Assembly (NCBI RefSeq): GCF_009914755.1 | Contig: NC_060925.1 | Length of the DNA stretch: 64,000 bases | Source of the DNA: the human T2T-CHM13v2.0 reference genome, Homo sapiens | Reading direction: 5' to 3' (one strand) | Shown: piece by piece, positions 63,703 to 64,000 of the stretch | Position numbering within the stretch: the stretch's first letter is position 1 | How the letters are laid out: every line of letters begins with the position of its first letter | Position numbers and translations under genes: made by a program | The notes under the pieces: model-generated | Databases searched by the model: none | Seen by the model: the letters and a program-made list of their open reading frames with translations, nothing else | What the model was told of the DNA's origin: nothing

Positions 63703-63790
63703 AAACAAAAAAAAAAAACAGAACGGTGCCCAACATCATAAATCATCAGGGAAATGCAAGTCAAAACGACAGTGAGATATTACCTCAACT
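62121..63790 (-). mobile_element. L1MA/MB-like element with a head-to-head inversion (3' part on minus 62121-62797; ORF2 piece on plus 62798-63790)
   Basis: Antisense 3'UTR and ORF2 end abut sense ORF2 at ctgatttg/aagctgtcatagtc. Confidence 0.75.
63446..63720 (+). mobile_element. 5'-truncated AluS with a (CA)n-containing tail
   Basis: Starts at cctggccaacatgg; tail is A, then ~(CA)22, then A; TSD agaa(t)cggtgcc on both sides; host L1 resumes after it. Confidence 0.88.
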
Positions 63791-64000
63791 CTCCAAATCA
63801 CTTCGTAAGTTATAATGTGACAGTAAGCTAATTTTCAAAGTTATATAACTCCTTGAAACTATTCATCTCTAATCAAGTGTAAGCCTCTTTAACGCAGGGA
63901 ATGAGTGTTATTTGCCTTTTATCTCCTTGTCCTGATACAAAGTAGGCAAAGTTGAATGAGTGTGAGGATGCTATAGAAATTTACTACATTAAAGTACTGG

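Overview
AT-rich primate (hominoid, probably human) genomic DNA made mostly of transposable elements; no CpG island, RNA gene or intact long ORF was seen. It holds three full-length, inactivated L1s (L1PA5-like 7776-13987, L1PA3-like 27518-33540, L1PB1-like 35932-43607), four 5'-inverted L1s, a two-LTR MST (MaLR) provirus, several solo LTRs, eight Alus, two Tigger4/MER46 MITEs, MIR/L2 relics and a ~0.9 kb TA-rich array that can fold back on itself. 17.4-44.8 kb is one nested TE stack. The most unusual signal is that three L1PA copies with separate insertion sites, at least two of them from different subfamilies, share private variants in a patchwork, including the same frameshift and the same nonsense codon. 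This suggests local L1-to-L1 gene conversion, or else assembly cross-talk. Unique DNA at 45-59 kb has several minus-strand exon candidates whose phases can be chained into one reading frame, but I do not recognise the gene. Subfamily names and consensus bases come from memory, not from an alignment.
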